From positions 1-64,000 of the IMG/VR virus record IMGVR_UViG_3300036945_000242: DNA of 64,000 bases; one strand, written 5' to 3'. Positions 1-8,044 of the stretch are shown one piece after another (within the stretch, counting starts at the first letter, position 1; every line of letters begins with the position of its first letter). The position numbers and the translations under genes were made by a program. Below the pieces are notes generated by a model that saw only the letters and a list, made by a program, of their open reading frames with translations, made no database searches and was not told the origin of the DNA. Source of the stretch: a virus. Taxonomy: Duplodnaviria > Heunggongvirae > Uroviricota > Caudoviricetes.

Positions 1-27
1 AAAGCTACCCAAGCGAGCGTTGCTATC

Positions 28-102
28 TGGCACCGCTTACAGGAATCGAACCCATATTCACTCTTTAGAAGAGAGTTGTATTATCCGTTATACGAAAGCG
101 AT
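28..102 (-). tRNA. tRNA-Arg (anticodon TCT)
   Basis: Cloverleaf folded by hand on minus strand: acceptor ATCGCTT/AAGCGGT, D-stem GTAT/ATAC, anticodon stem ACTCT/AGAGT with loop CTTCTAA, T-loop TTCGATT, 3' CCA encoded. Confidence 0.6.
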
Positions 103-108
103 AAAACT

Positions 109-183
109 TGGTGGGTCAGGTGAGAATTGAACTCACGGTCAACCGATTATGAGTCGGACGCTTTACCATTAAGCTACTGACCC
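109..183 (-). tRNA. tRNA-Met (anticodon CAT)
   Basis: Acceptor GGGTCAG/CTGACCC, D-arm GCTTAATGGTAAAGC, anticodon loop CTCATAA, T-arm GTGAGTTCAATTCTCAC, CCA encoded. Confidence 0.6.
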
Positions 184-189
184 TAAAAC

Positions 190-277
190 TGGCGGATAGT
201 ATAGGATTCGAACCTATGCGCCCCTTTCGGAACGTCAGTTTAGCAAACTGATGCCTTAACCGCTCGGCCAACTATCC
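190..277 (-). tRNA. tRNA-Ser (anticodon GCT), long variable arm
   Basis: 88 nt. Acceptor GGATAGT/ACTATCC, anticodon stem TCAGT/ACTGA with loop TTGCTAA, long variable arm, T-arm ATAGGTTCGAATCCTAT, CCA encoded. Confidence 0.55.
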
Positions 278-285
278 TAAAACTA

Positions 286-360
286 TGGTAACGCATAGCG
301 GAATCGAACCGCTCTTGCTGGGATGAAAACCCAGTGTCCTAACCGATAGACGAATGCGTC
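286..360 (-). tRNA. tRNA-Glu (anticodon TTC)
   Basis: Acceptor GACGCAT/ATGCGTT, D-stem GTCT/GGAC, anticodon stem CTGGG/CCCAG with loop TTTTCAT, T-arm AGCGGTTCGATTCCGCT, CCA encoded. Confidence 0.55.
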
Positions 361-369
361 ACTAATACC

Positions 370-1011
370 TTATAAACTATTAACTTTTCTACCCCTAACC
401 CAACCGTCTAATATAGGGGCATCTTTCTTAATTTTTTTATTATCAATTCCGTTAGTAATCCACATAGTACCATATTGGGAATTATTTAGTGGGTTACTTA
501 ATCTTTCTTTTGCTTTATCAGAAACTTTCTTTTTAGTTTCTTCTGTATGATGTTTACCTAAAAAACTTATTTTACCAGCAGATAAAAATTCCTTTGGTGT
601 TCCGTGTAATTCATACGCTTTACGACCACCCTTTTTAGCCCATTCTTTTAATAAATTCGGATATCTATCATTCGTAGTTTTTCTAGCCTTTTTGTTTTTC
701 AATATACGAGCTTCTACATCGTTATTGATATAATCCCAACACCCTTGTCCTCCAGGTTTAAGGTTATACGTGCTACTATTAGCAACAAATTCTTCATTAA
801 CAATCTCTACTTCTTTCAAATACATTTCTTCAGGATTGTCAAATATGAATAATATTTCTTTAGTAAAATTTTCAATACCATATTTTAATATGTCACTTTT
901 TAGTTTTTTACTCGAACCCATATACGAGTCGTGTATATTGTCTGTTTTATGAACTCCTACGTAGATTCTTCCATCAATATTATTTGTTATTTTATATGTC
1001 GTATAAAACAT
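370..1011 (-). CDS. GIY-YIG homing endonuclease (Seg-like) inserted in tRNA cluster
   Basis: N-terminal GIY-YIG motifs (YKITN...GRIYVGVH...YMGSS). Located between tRNA genes as T4 segB is. C-terminal basic NUMOD-like region. Confidence 0.6.
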   Translation of the reverse strand: MFYTTYKITNNIDGRIYVGVHKTDNIHDSYMGSSKKLKSDILKYGIENFTKEILFIFDNPEEMYLKEVEIVNEEFVANSSTYNLKPGGQGCWDYINNDVEARILKNKKARKTTNDRYPNLLKEWAKKGGRKAYELHGTPKEFLSAGKISFLGKHHTEETKKKVSDKAKERLSNPLNNSQYGTMWITNGIDNKKIKKDAPILDGWVRGRKVNSL

Positions 1012-1035
1012 ATCACCTCAAAACGTATAAAGGAT

Positions 1036-1106
1036 AGCGGATAGGGAGAATCGAACTCCACTCTGCACAGCTTGGAAGGCTGGCGACACACCTTGTGCTT
1101 ATCCGC
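1036..1106 (-). tRNA. tRNA-Gly (anticodon TCC)
   Basis: Acceptor GCGGATA/TATCCGC, anticodon stem CAGC/GCTG with loop CTTCCAA, T-loop TTCGATT. No CCA encoded. Some non-canonical pairs. Confidence 0.5.
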
Positions 1107-1179
1107 AAAAACTAATCATACCCAACAAAGTCTCTACGAGTTTAACCGTAAAGGGGAGGGTATTATAAAATAAAAAGAG

Positions 1180-1251
1180 TCTGAGAGGCAGGAATCGAAC
1201 CTGCACTTCTGGTTTCCAAAACCAGATGACTAACCGTTATCCTACTCTCAG
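1180..1251 (-). tRNA. tRNA-Pro (anticodon TGG)
   Basis: Acceptor CTGAGAG/CTCTCAG, anticodon stem CTGGT/ACCAG with loop TTTGGAA, T-arm GCAGGTTCGATTCCTGC. Confidence 0.55.
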
Positions 1252-1258
1252 AAAAACT

Positions 1259-1337
1259 TGGTTGCCAAGGTAGGATTCGCACCTACGATCTCCAGCTTAT
1301 GAGACTGGCGGGGACGACTAGACTCCCCTACTCGGCG
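1259..1337 (-). tRNA. tRNA with CAT anticodon (Ile2-lysidine type or second Met)
   Basis: Anticodon stem CCAGT/GCTGG with loop CTCATAA, T-arm GTAGGTGCGAATCCTAC, CCA encoded. Acceptor stem has one mismatch. Confidence 0.45.
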
Positions 1338-1345
1338 ATAATAAT

Positions 1346-1424
1346 TGGCTCCGTATCTGGGAATCGAACCCAGCTAATCATTGATTAACAGTCAAGTCCT
1401 TGCACCATGCTTGGATTCTACGGA
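1346..1424 (-). tRNA. tRNA-Asn (anticodon GTT)
   Basis: Acceptor TCCGTAG/ATACGGA, anticodon loop CTGTTAA, T-arm CTGGGTTCGATTCCCAG, CCA encoded. Confidence 0.5.
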
Positions 1425-1580
1425 ATAAAATTTGTATTAAGAACTATACTACCAAAACGTCCTTAGCTTGTTTTACAATACCCGAACCTAGCATCTTTAC
1501 GACCCAGACGTAATATCTTTACAACGCTCGACTTTAATGTCTACCCGATTGTGCACGTAGTATAGTTTTTAATATAAATT

Positions 1581-1656
1581 TGGCATCGCAGGTAGGAATC
1601 GAACCTACAACCTTCGGTTTTGGAGACCGACGCTCTGCCAATTGAGCTACTGGGAT
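1581..1656 (-). tRNA. tRNA-Trp (anticodon CCA)
   Basis: Acceptor ATCCCAG/CTGCGAT (one mismatch), D-stem GCTC/GAGC, anticodon stem TCGGT/ACCGA with loop CTCCAAA, T-arm GTAGGTTCGATTCCTAC, CCA encoded. Confidence 0.6.
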
Positions 1657-1696
1657 ACATATAAACTATTTGGAGCGACACAACTATAATACATAT

Positions 1697-2221
1697 CTAT
1701 GTAGATAACTTTCCAACAACACCTTTACCACACCACGTGTCTGTCTGAGAATGGCAGTTTGGACACATAAGTCTTAAATTGTGTTTTCTATGGTCAGAGT
1801 TATCGCCATTAATATGATCAAGTTGTAAAGAAAGTTCTTTACCTTGCCAATTACTAATACTACAAATAGAGCACTTATAGTCAATAACTGATTCTTTAAT
1901 CATCCTTTTCTTTAGCTTCAGTGTTTGATAATAGGGATGCAGACCATCAAGAATCTCATCAAGAGGTATCTTTGGTTGGTTACCGCCACCACTTCCAAAT
2001 TCTAAACCTAAAACCTTACATTTTCTCCATATTTGTATTATTGGAACTTTGAATTTAGCAGACAGTTTACCTAGATGCTTTTCTTCAGTATAAGCAGCAA
2101 TCAATTCTATATCTGTAAACTTGTTTCTAACTTGTTTCATTTTAACCACTCCCCCATCTATCCAATAAAAACCATATAAAAACACACTACCAAGAGCACC
2201 CCGATTAGTTATGTCGGTCAA
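1697..2221 (-). CDS. HNH homing endonuclease
   Basis: C-terminal HNH motif LQLDHINGDNSDHRKHNLRLMCPNCHSQT. Sits inside the tRNA cluster. Confidence 0.6.
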   Translation of the reverse strand: MTDITNRGALGSVFLYGFYWIDGGVVKMKQVRNKFTDIELIAAYTEEKHLGKLSAKFKVPIIQIWRKCKVLGLEFGSGGGNQPKIPLDEILDGLHPYYQTLKLKKRMIKESVIDYKCSICSISNWQGKELSLQLDHINGDNSDHRKHNLRLMCPNCHSQTDTWCGKGVVGKLST

Positions 2222-2265
2222 ACGCTCACTCAGGTAACTACATCCTAAGGGAATGTGTTTTTATA

Positions 2266-2339
2266 TGGTGCCCCTCGACAGAATCGAACTGCCATAATCG
2301 GATTACAAAACCGACGTAATACCATTATACGAGAGGGGC
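2266..2339 (-). tRNA. tRNA-Thr (anticodon TGT)
   Basis: Acceptor GCCCCTC/GAGGGGC, D-arm GTATAATGGTATTAC, anticodon loop TTTGTAA, T-arm GGCAGTTCGATTCTGTC, CCA encoded. Confidence 0.55.
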
Positions 2340-2523
2340 GAATATACCTAAAAAAGAAGTATGTTACCCGAAACAGGTAACATACAAATAGAATAGGTCA
2401 TTAACAAAATAAAAGAAGCTAGCGAATTTAAAGAACGTTTAATTAGTTAGACGATACTAACTAATATCATTACACTTATTATACCGCAAAACTCTTTGAG
2501 AGTCAAGCGATATTTTAGATATA

Positions 2524-2558
2524 ATAAAAAAGCCCTAAAGGGTTTAGTCTTTAGGGCT
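2524..2558 (-). terminator. Rho-independent terminator (minus strand)
   Basis: Perfect 10-bp stem AGCCCTAAAG/CTTTAGGGCT with 8-nt loop, followed on the minus strand by TTTTTT. Confidence 0.6.
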
Positions 2559-2687
2559 CAGCATAGGAATAGAGTTAAATCAATTCAAATACCGAAGCCC
2601 ATGTTCATCATAAAAGGCGGTCGCATGCGTTGGTCTATTTGACCAACTAATTTGCGAGTAGCTATTATATGAAGCGTTAGACATAAG

Positions 2688-2720
2688 TTATTATAACCTA
2701 ATAAAGTTTGAAAGTAAAGC
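2688..2720 (-). promoter_or_regulatory. Early sigma70-type promoter cassette, repeat family ttattataacc-N-ttgaaagtaaag
   Basis: On minus strand TTTACT-N17-TATAAT. Direct repeat of 2811-2843 and related to 22851-22884. Confidence 0.45.
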
Positions 2721-2810
2721 GATTATTCATCGTACTTTATATTTAGTAAACTTTACACGATAAAAAGTCAAATAATTTAAAATAAATCATACTTTTTATC
2801 AACTTAAGAC

Positions 2811-2843
2811 TTATTATAACCTAGTAAAGCTTGAAAGTAAAGC
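2811..2843 (-). promoter_or_regulatory. Early sigma70-type promoter cassette (second copy)
   Basis: Minus strand TTTACT-TTCAAGCTTTACTAGGT-TATAAT with exact 17-nt spacer. Confidence 0.45.
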
Positions 2844-2913
2844 TTTATTTTAGAAAACGAAGATATTTTTTCTGGCTCTATAGAATTCTTCGTAAGTCTG
2901 GGGTTCCAAGAGC

Positions 2914-3390
2914 CTACGCTTTTTTTGCTACAGCCTTTCTAGGGGCTTTAACTTTAGGAGCTGGATCCGCTGCAACTGGTTCTACTACGGGTAACGGTTT
3001 AAGGAAACCCGCTTTCTCGCCTAACTCTCTAGTTAGGTTAGGGTAAAGGCGTGTAAGGTCTTGGTCTTTAATAGCTAACATTAAATCCGCCTCGGAGGGG
3101 TGGATATTCTCTAGTAAGCTAATAAAAATAGACTCACGTTTTAAAGAGGGTAAATCCGCTCTGCAAAACACATAGAAACGTCTAAACTCTTGATGTACAT
3201 TTCCTGGAGTCATACCAATAGGAGCTTCGTCTTTTTTATAAGGCGGTACTCCTTCGGGTAGAATAAACTTCTTTGCTGGGTCGTAAGCGTATTCATACAC
3301 AATACGCAACCCAGCGTTAGCCATGTGTTTAGCGAGTAACTCGGGGTTATCGTTAATTTCTTTTAAAACTTCGGTAATATATTTTGCCAT
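2914..3390 (-). CDS. hypothetical protein
   Basis: 158-aa ORF immediately downstream of rnh in the same orientation. No motif recognised. Confidence 0.4.
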   Translation of the reverse strand: MAKYITEVLKEINDNPELLAKHMANAGLRIVYEYAYDPAKKFILPEGVPPYKKDEAPIGMTPGNVHQEFRRFYVFCRADLPSLKRESIFISLLENIHPSEADLMLAIKDQDLTRLYPNLTRELGEKAGFLKPLPVVEPVAADPAPKVKAPRKAVAKKA

Positions 3391-4280
3391 TAAAATTCCT
3401 CTAACTCAGATAATAGTAAACGACAGCGGTTTTCAATCAAGTAATTCATGATTGACATTTTATCGCCGACAACGTTATAATTTTGGTAAGCGTCTACGAT
3501 TTTAGAACTTACTTCTACAGGTATATAGTCAAAATCAATTAACCTTACATTACGAGACCAATTACGTCGTTCTTCGTCATTAGCACAAGCTTCAAAACCC
3601 TTCTCCATAAACTCAGCTAAGCGTTTAGCGGTAACGGGTTTTTGACGCTCGCCCTTTACAAATACATCATCCGCTGACAAGATATTAGGAATACCGTCAT
3701 CCCCCGCCTTTACCACGTGAGTAATGTACTTTTCGTGTAACTGGGCTTTGTTAGCTGTTAAGCGTTTCTTCATATAGGGCGAGTACTGATCAACGTTCGA
3801 GAACTTTTGTAATTGAATAAAGTCAGCGTCCGAAGATAAGATAATAACCTTTTGCGGTTCAGATTCTAAACCAACTTGGATTAAATTGTTATCTTGTGAC
3901 CACTTAGCTAATACCGCAATCACATCATCCGCTTCGGCTTCGTTAATGTGAATAACCTTATAAGGAAAGTGTTTTTGTAAATCATCACGAATCTCCGATA
4001 GCGTATCAAAGATAAGTTTCCAATTTAAATCAGACTGTTCTCTGGACTTTTTACGCCCAGCCTTATAGTGTTCAAACACTTCTTTACGCCAGTATTTTCT
4101 ACCGTCGCAACAAATAACCAATTCACCGTATTCTTTACCGTATTTTTTCTTATACGCTTTTAGAGTTGATAAAATTGAGTGACGGATAAGGTTCTTAACC
4201 TCACTCTCCGTACCTTGTAATTCTCGTTTGAAAGAAAGTATAGACGCCAAGGCTACTTGGCTATAATCTGCTAATATCAT
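3390..4280 (-). CDS. rnh: RNase H / 5'-3' flap exonuclease
   Basis: Matches remembered T4 RNase H (DYSQVALASIL vs DFSQIALSTAL; EADDVIAVL vs EADDHIAVL). Size 296 aa vs 305 aa. Confidence 0.8.
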   Translation of the reverse strand: MILADYSQVALASILSFKRELQGTESEVKNLIRHSILSTLKAYKKKYGKEYGELVICCDGRKYWRKEVFEHYKAGRKKSREQSDLNWKLIFDTLSEIRDDLQKHFPYKVIHINEAEADDVIAVLAKWSQDNNLIQVGLESEPQKVIILSSDADFIQLQKFSNVDQYSPYMKKRLTANKAQLHEKYITHVVKAGDDGIPNILSADDVFVKGERQKPVTAKRLAEFMEKGFEACANDEERRNWSRNVRLIDFDYIPVEVSSKIVDAYQNYNVVGDKMSIMNYLIENRCRLLLSELEEF

Positions 4281-4465
4281 TTAAGACCTTTTAAGTGTTC
4301 AGGAAGTTCGCTTTTAATAAACGCAAATCCTTCGTTTTCTAAGAAATATTCATACATCCCCTGTATATAGGTTATGTGAGCGATAGCTTCTAGTATAAGA
4401 GCTTCGTTATGTTCTTCATACTTAAGTCTCTCAATCAACGATTTAGCACGTTCACATTTAATCAT
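4277..4465 (-). CDS. hypothetical small protein
   Basis: 62-aa ORF with ATGA overlap to rnh. Confidence 0.3.
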   Translation of the reverse strand: MIKCERAKSLIERLKYEEHNEALILEAIAHITYIQGMYEYFLENEGFAFIKSELPEHLKGLK

Positions 4466-4468
4466 AGT

Positions 4469-5569
4469 TTAAAAGGCTCCAATAATAATACAATCCTCAG
4501 ACACTCGACCGTTAGGTACGGAGGCTTTGGTTTTTAACGCTGTTAAAGAGGCGTTCAACTCTCGCTTAGAAGTTACATTGAATGTAAAATAAGTCTCTGG
4601 GTTACGAATAGTATATTGGGTAGATGTTTTAATATCGAAGCCAATAATAGAGGAGTTCTTAACGGATAAGCGAGTACCCTTTTCTGCGCAATAGATTTGT
4701 ACTTTACGGGCTTTGGTATTATATACCCAAACCTCAGTAGAATCTACAATACGGGTAGAAGGCACGGACTTAAGTTTCAACTCATCAAACACTCTCATAT
4801 AATTCATCTTAGCCACTAACTTAGCAGGGGTTTGCGGCTTCTTAGCCACTACCCTTTGAGACTTAGCGGTAACGATTTGTTGGGTACAATCGGATACAAT
4901 AGTTGTAACAAACGCTAGTAACGCTCTTAGCTGACGCTTGTTAAAGTTACGATAACCCTCGCTCAACTGAGCGTCTTTACCCTCCACCGCTTCAGTAAGT
5001 TCTTTTACTAAAGAAGTGTAGAAAGAAGCGATATGCTTAGCGACGGGGGCTGATACGTTGTTGGCTAATAGGTAATTCTTAGCCGAGAAGTCGGAAGTCT
5101 TCAAAGCACAGAACTCGTCAATAGCGTAATCAAACTCAGCACCGTGTAGGTGAGCTAGGGCTTCAATACGTTCTTGAACGTTCACTACGGGAGCAGCGAC
5201 AGTTAAAGTAGATTTAGTTTTAACAGGAGCGGGAGCGGTTAGACGAGCCTTTAATTCGGATAACATAGTATCGAATTTATTTTGCTCAGTAGTTTGGAGC
5301 GAAGTGCCACCCTCAATCAATCTGGCTAGAATACCAGCGTGACGGAAGTGGCGTTCGTCAATTTTCAATAAGCCTGCAGCGGTACGCTTATCGGTCTTAG
5401 CTACGTAACCGATTAACCACTTCTTCTTATCGAGGTCGGTGTTGTTGATATTATAATAGTTTAACGCACGAATGAGATCCGCCTTATAGTTCTCTGGGCG
5501 AATAGTACGTTCAACGCCTTTAGCTAGACGTTCGGCTTTTTCAATGATAGCGGTTCTTTTATCTGACAT
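4469..5569 (-). CDS. hypothetical protein
   Basis: 366-aa ORF preceded by a promoter cassette and SD GGAGG. Confidence 0.45.
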   Translation of the reverse strand: MSDKRTAIIEKAERLAKGVERTIRPENYKADLIRALNYYNINNTDLDKKKWLIGYVAKTDKRTAAGLLKIDERHFRHAGILARLIEGGTSLQTTEQNKFDTMLSELKARLTAPAPVKTKSTLTVAAPVVNVQERIEALAHLHGAEFDYAIDEFCALKTSDFSAKNYLLANNVSAPVAKHIASFYTSLVKELTEAVEGKDAQLSEGYRNFNKRQLRALLAFVTTIVSDCTQQIVTAKSQRVVAKKPQTPAKLVAKMNYMRVFDELKLKSVPSTRIVDSTEVWVYNTKARKVQIYCAEKGTRLSVKNSSIIGFDIKTSTQYTIRNPETYFTFNVTSKRELNASLTALKTKASVPNGRVSEDCIIIGAF

Positions 5570-5589
5570 AGGTACTTACCTCCAAGTTA

Positions 5590-5626
5590 TAGTATATTAT
5601 ACTATATTAATGGTTGTAAGTAAAGC
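5590..5626 (-). promoter_or_regulatory. Early sigma70-type promoter (ttgtaagtaaag family)
   Basis: Minus strand TTTACT-N17-TATAAT, then GGAGG SD and ATG of the 366-aa gene. Confidence 0.5.
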
Positions 5627-5627
5627 T

Positions 5628-5945
5628 TTATTTTTTTTCATTAAAATGTTGAACCGAACCCCAGCTGAAGGAACGCCACCCATTATATTGTAAGTCGAAT
5701 ACACGAACAATATCTGGCGGACCTCCAGCCCCAGTACCTTTGGGCTTTGCGTGGGGCGGAATTAGTGAGTCGTTAAGGGTACATAGCATATATCTAGTGC
5801 CGTTTGTGGTCTTTTTAGTAAAGGTCACATAAACCCCTTTCGGGGATTCCGTCAGTAAGGGGTAAACCCGTTGCTGCATAAAATCGGCTCTAGATTGTTT
5901 CATTTTTTTAGTTTTCTTTAACGATTGAATCGTACAATTCCACAA
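5628..5945 (-). CDS. hypothetical small protein, paralog of 7251-7550
   Basis: Shares VTF.K..G..R.L.CTLN..LIP...PK...WRSF.W.S with the ORF at 7251-7550. Real start probably M15 near 5903. Confidence 0.4.
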   Translation of the reverse strand: MWNCTIQSLKKTKKMKQSRADFMQQRVYPLLTESPKGVYVTFTKKTTNGTRYMLCTLNDSLIPPHAKPKGTGAGGPPDIVRVFDLQYNGWRSFSWGSVQHFNEKK

Positions 5946-6168
5946 ACTCTTCGTGGTCTTGTAAATCTTGCATCAGACTTTGCTTATGGAAAGTTCTGGC
6001 AATCTTATTTAGCGTTTTCTTAGGAATCTGATGTTCCTTGTGTAAGTCGCCGATAATTTCTTTAATCAAGTCACGCTCAGCTTCAGCACGAACGAAAGCA
6101 TTACTGATTTCAGACATTGCGGCTTTGATCTTTTTGCGGTCATCTGGGCTAATTGTAATCATACTCAA
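5908..6168 (-). CDS. dsbA: DsbA-like dsDNA-binding protein (late transcription enhancer)
   Basis: 86 aa. Position just upstream of rnh as in T4 (33-dsbA-rnh). Recalled similarity IPKK..N.IAR..HKQ. Confidence 0.45.
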   Translation of the reverse strand: MSMITISPDDRKKIKAAMSEISNAFVRAEAERDLIKEIIGDLHKEHQIPKKTLNKIARTFHKQSLMQDLQDHEEFVELYDSIVKEN

Positions 6169-6186
6169 TATATCTTTCTAAAAAAA

Positions 6187-7062
6187 TTACTTAACGTTAA
6201 TCATAGGCATAGTGGAACCAGTTACTTGCGGTAACTTACCGTCCCAGCGTTGAGCCTTAGTATATTCTACTAACTCATTAGTCAAACTAGCTTGAAGCAA
6301 ACGGTTAGCGTCAGCCTCACCCTTGGCGGCAATTAACATAGCATCGGCTTCACCACGGGCTTTTTCACGTTCAATTTCCGCTTGAGCTTTAGCGGTTTGT
6401 AATTCGTTTTCACGTTGTTGAGCCTTTTGAGTAGCTTCGATTTTACTATTGATAGCTGAGGTAATGGTTGGCGGTAAACGCATAGCACCGATCCAAGAGA
6501 TTTTCTCAACTACAATACCAATATCGCCTACTTCTTTTTGTACACGTTGGGTGACCTTATTCATTAAGGGTTCTTTACCAGCACCGTAAATTTCAGCTAC
6601 ATCCATAGTAGAGGTTTCGCTATTGATAGCGTCACGAACCATATTACGAATGTAAATATCGGTAATCTCGTCAATACCTTTACGATACTTCTGGAACACC
6701 AAGTCGGCTTTATCGGCTTTAATAGCGTAAGTAATACCTACGTCAGCGTTGATTTGTGTACCTTCACGGTCTTGAAAGGTAATAGATTCGTCTTGAACGC
6801 CAAGAGCTTTACCCCAAACAGCGGTTTGAGCGAAAGTAGGGAATAAGTACAATTCTTCATTCATACCTAACCAATACTTACCAGGACCGACTACTTCGCC
6901 AGTAACGCCTTTATCACCACCATATAAGTCGAACTTAACACCCACATTACCCGCTGGAACTTTAGAACAAGCTGATACGGCTAACAAAGCACTTACGGCT
7001 AAAGCTAATTTAATTTTACGCATATTATCTTTCAAAAATTTATTTACTATCGTCCATGTCAT
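6187..7062 (-). CDS. SPFH/band-7 (prohibitin/HflC-like) lipoprotein
   Basis: Signal peptide and lipobox LAVSAC (likely start M14 near 7023). SPFH-like core followed by a long Ala/Glu-rich coiled coil. Confidence 0.55.
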   Translation of the reverse strand: MTWTIVNKFLKDNMRKIKLALAVSALLAVSACSKVPAGNVGVKFDLYGGDKGVTGEVVGPGKYWLGMNEELYLFPTFAQTAVWGKALGVQDESITFQDREGTQINADVGITYAIKADKADLVFQKYRKGIDEITDIYIRNMVRDAINSETSTMDVAEIYGAGKEPLMNKVTQRVQKEVGDIGIVVEKISWIGAMRLPPTITSAINSKIEATQKAQQRENELQTAKAQAEIEREKARGEADAMLIAAKGEADANRLLQASLTNELVEYTKAQRWDGKLPQVTGSTMPMINVK

Positions 7063-7243
7063 TTAAAAATGCAGCCATACACCAAGAAGCATACGCTACA
7101 CCACCCAATACAATTAAAACGCCGAGGGCTACGGCGAAAGTGCTCTTAGCAGAGAACAAGAAGGGTAAAATAAACCCAACAAGTATGCCTAAACATACTA
7201 CCAAAGCTACAACCAATAAGAATTTAGTTTTACTCATATACAA
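7040..7243 (-). CDS. small two-TM membrane protein
   Basis: 67 aa, two hydrophobic helices. Overlaps the SPFH gene start. Confidence 0.3.
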   Translation of the reverse strand: MYMSKTKFLLVVALVVCLGILVGFILPFLFSAKSTFAVALGVLIVLGGVAYASWCMAAFLNDMDDSK

Positions 7244-7250
7244 AAACGCC

Positions 7251-7550
7251 TTAATGATAAGAAATAATAGAATCCCAACGGAACGAACGCCACTCTTGTA
7301 AACTTTGTACGAATACTTTAGCGGTAGGCGAAGGAGCGGAATCCTTATTATACGCTACTTGGGTTTTAGGAGCTTTATCTTCGGGAATTAAATCGCCGTT
7401 TAACGTACAATCTAAAACTCGAATAGAACCGTCTACCTTAGCAAACGTTACATGAACGATACCCTTTTGGAGTTTGACATTTACGTCTTCGCGAAGATCG
7501 GTACTGTCGTTTAATTTAATTTGGTTAAAATTAGTCTTCGATTGCATCAA
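7251..7550 (-). CDS. hypothetical small protein, paralog of 5628-5945
   Basis: Shared CTLNGDLIP...WRSFRW motif. Confidence 0.4.
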   Translation of the reverse strand: MMQSKTNFNQIKLNDSTDLREDVNVKLQKGIVHVTFAKVDGSIRVLDCTLNGDLIPEDKAPKTQVAYNKDSAPSPTAKVFVQSLQEWRSFRWDSIISYH

Positions 7551-7818
7551 TAAAACCTTTCAAATCATTAGAAAATTCACCCATTAAAGCTTTAAAGCTT
7601 TTCTTGGATAGCATAATACCACTGGTCACATCAAGAATAGGCTTATCGGGTTTACCGCTAGCCATAAATTTGGTAATACGAAGCTCAACGCAGTCGTAGT
7701 CATATTCAATAAAATCAAGGGTCACTTCGTAACCGCTTTCTTTTTTAATAGAATACTGTTTACTAAAAACCTTATTCGTCATAATCGACTTTTCCTTTAT
7801 GTTTTGGATTACGTTCAT
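7531..7818 (-). CDS. hypothetical protein
   Basis: 95-aa ORF in an operon-like array. Confidence 0.3.
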   Translation of the reverse strand: MNVIQNIKEKSIMTNKVFSKQYSIKKESGYEVTLDFIEYDYDCVELRITKFMASGKPDKPILDVTSGIMLSKKSFKALMGEFSNDLKGFIDAIED

Positions 7819-7960
7819 ACGCTACCTTAGAATCAACTACTCGCATACGATATTTCGGAGAACGTAAGTCCTTGGCGATTAAGTTCTTAGGCTTAAGCTT
7901 AATATCGTACTTCATTTTTGAGATAGCTTCGTAAATCTCGTCATCTACATCGTATTTCAT
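7772..7960 (-). CDS. hypothetical small protein
   Basis: 62-aa ORF directly downstream of the promoter cassette at 8004-8035. Confidence 0.3.
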   Translation of the reverse strand: MKYDVDDEIYEAISKMKYDIKLKPKNLIAKDLRSPKYRMRVVDSKVAYERNPKHKGKVDYDE

Positions 7961-8003
7961 ATAATATACCCTTAGATACTTTTCGTCCCCATATAAGAAT
8001 TAT

Positions 8004-8035
8004 ACCCTAAACTTAGTTGTAAGTAAAGGGTATTT
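8004..8035 (-). promoter_or_regulatory. Early promoter cassette, identical copy of 41226-41257
   Basis: Minus strand CCTTTACTTACAACTAAGTTTAGGGTATAAT. The 32-mer is identical at the two loci. Confidence 0.5.
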
Positions 8036-8044
8036 TTAAATTAT

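Noticed and set aside
1-27. Possible truncated tRNA at the window start
   Set aside because: Only a partial stem could be formed. Cannot be judged without upstream sequence.
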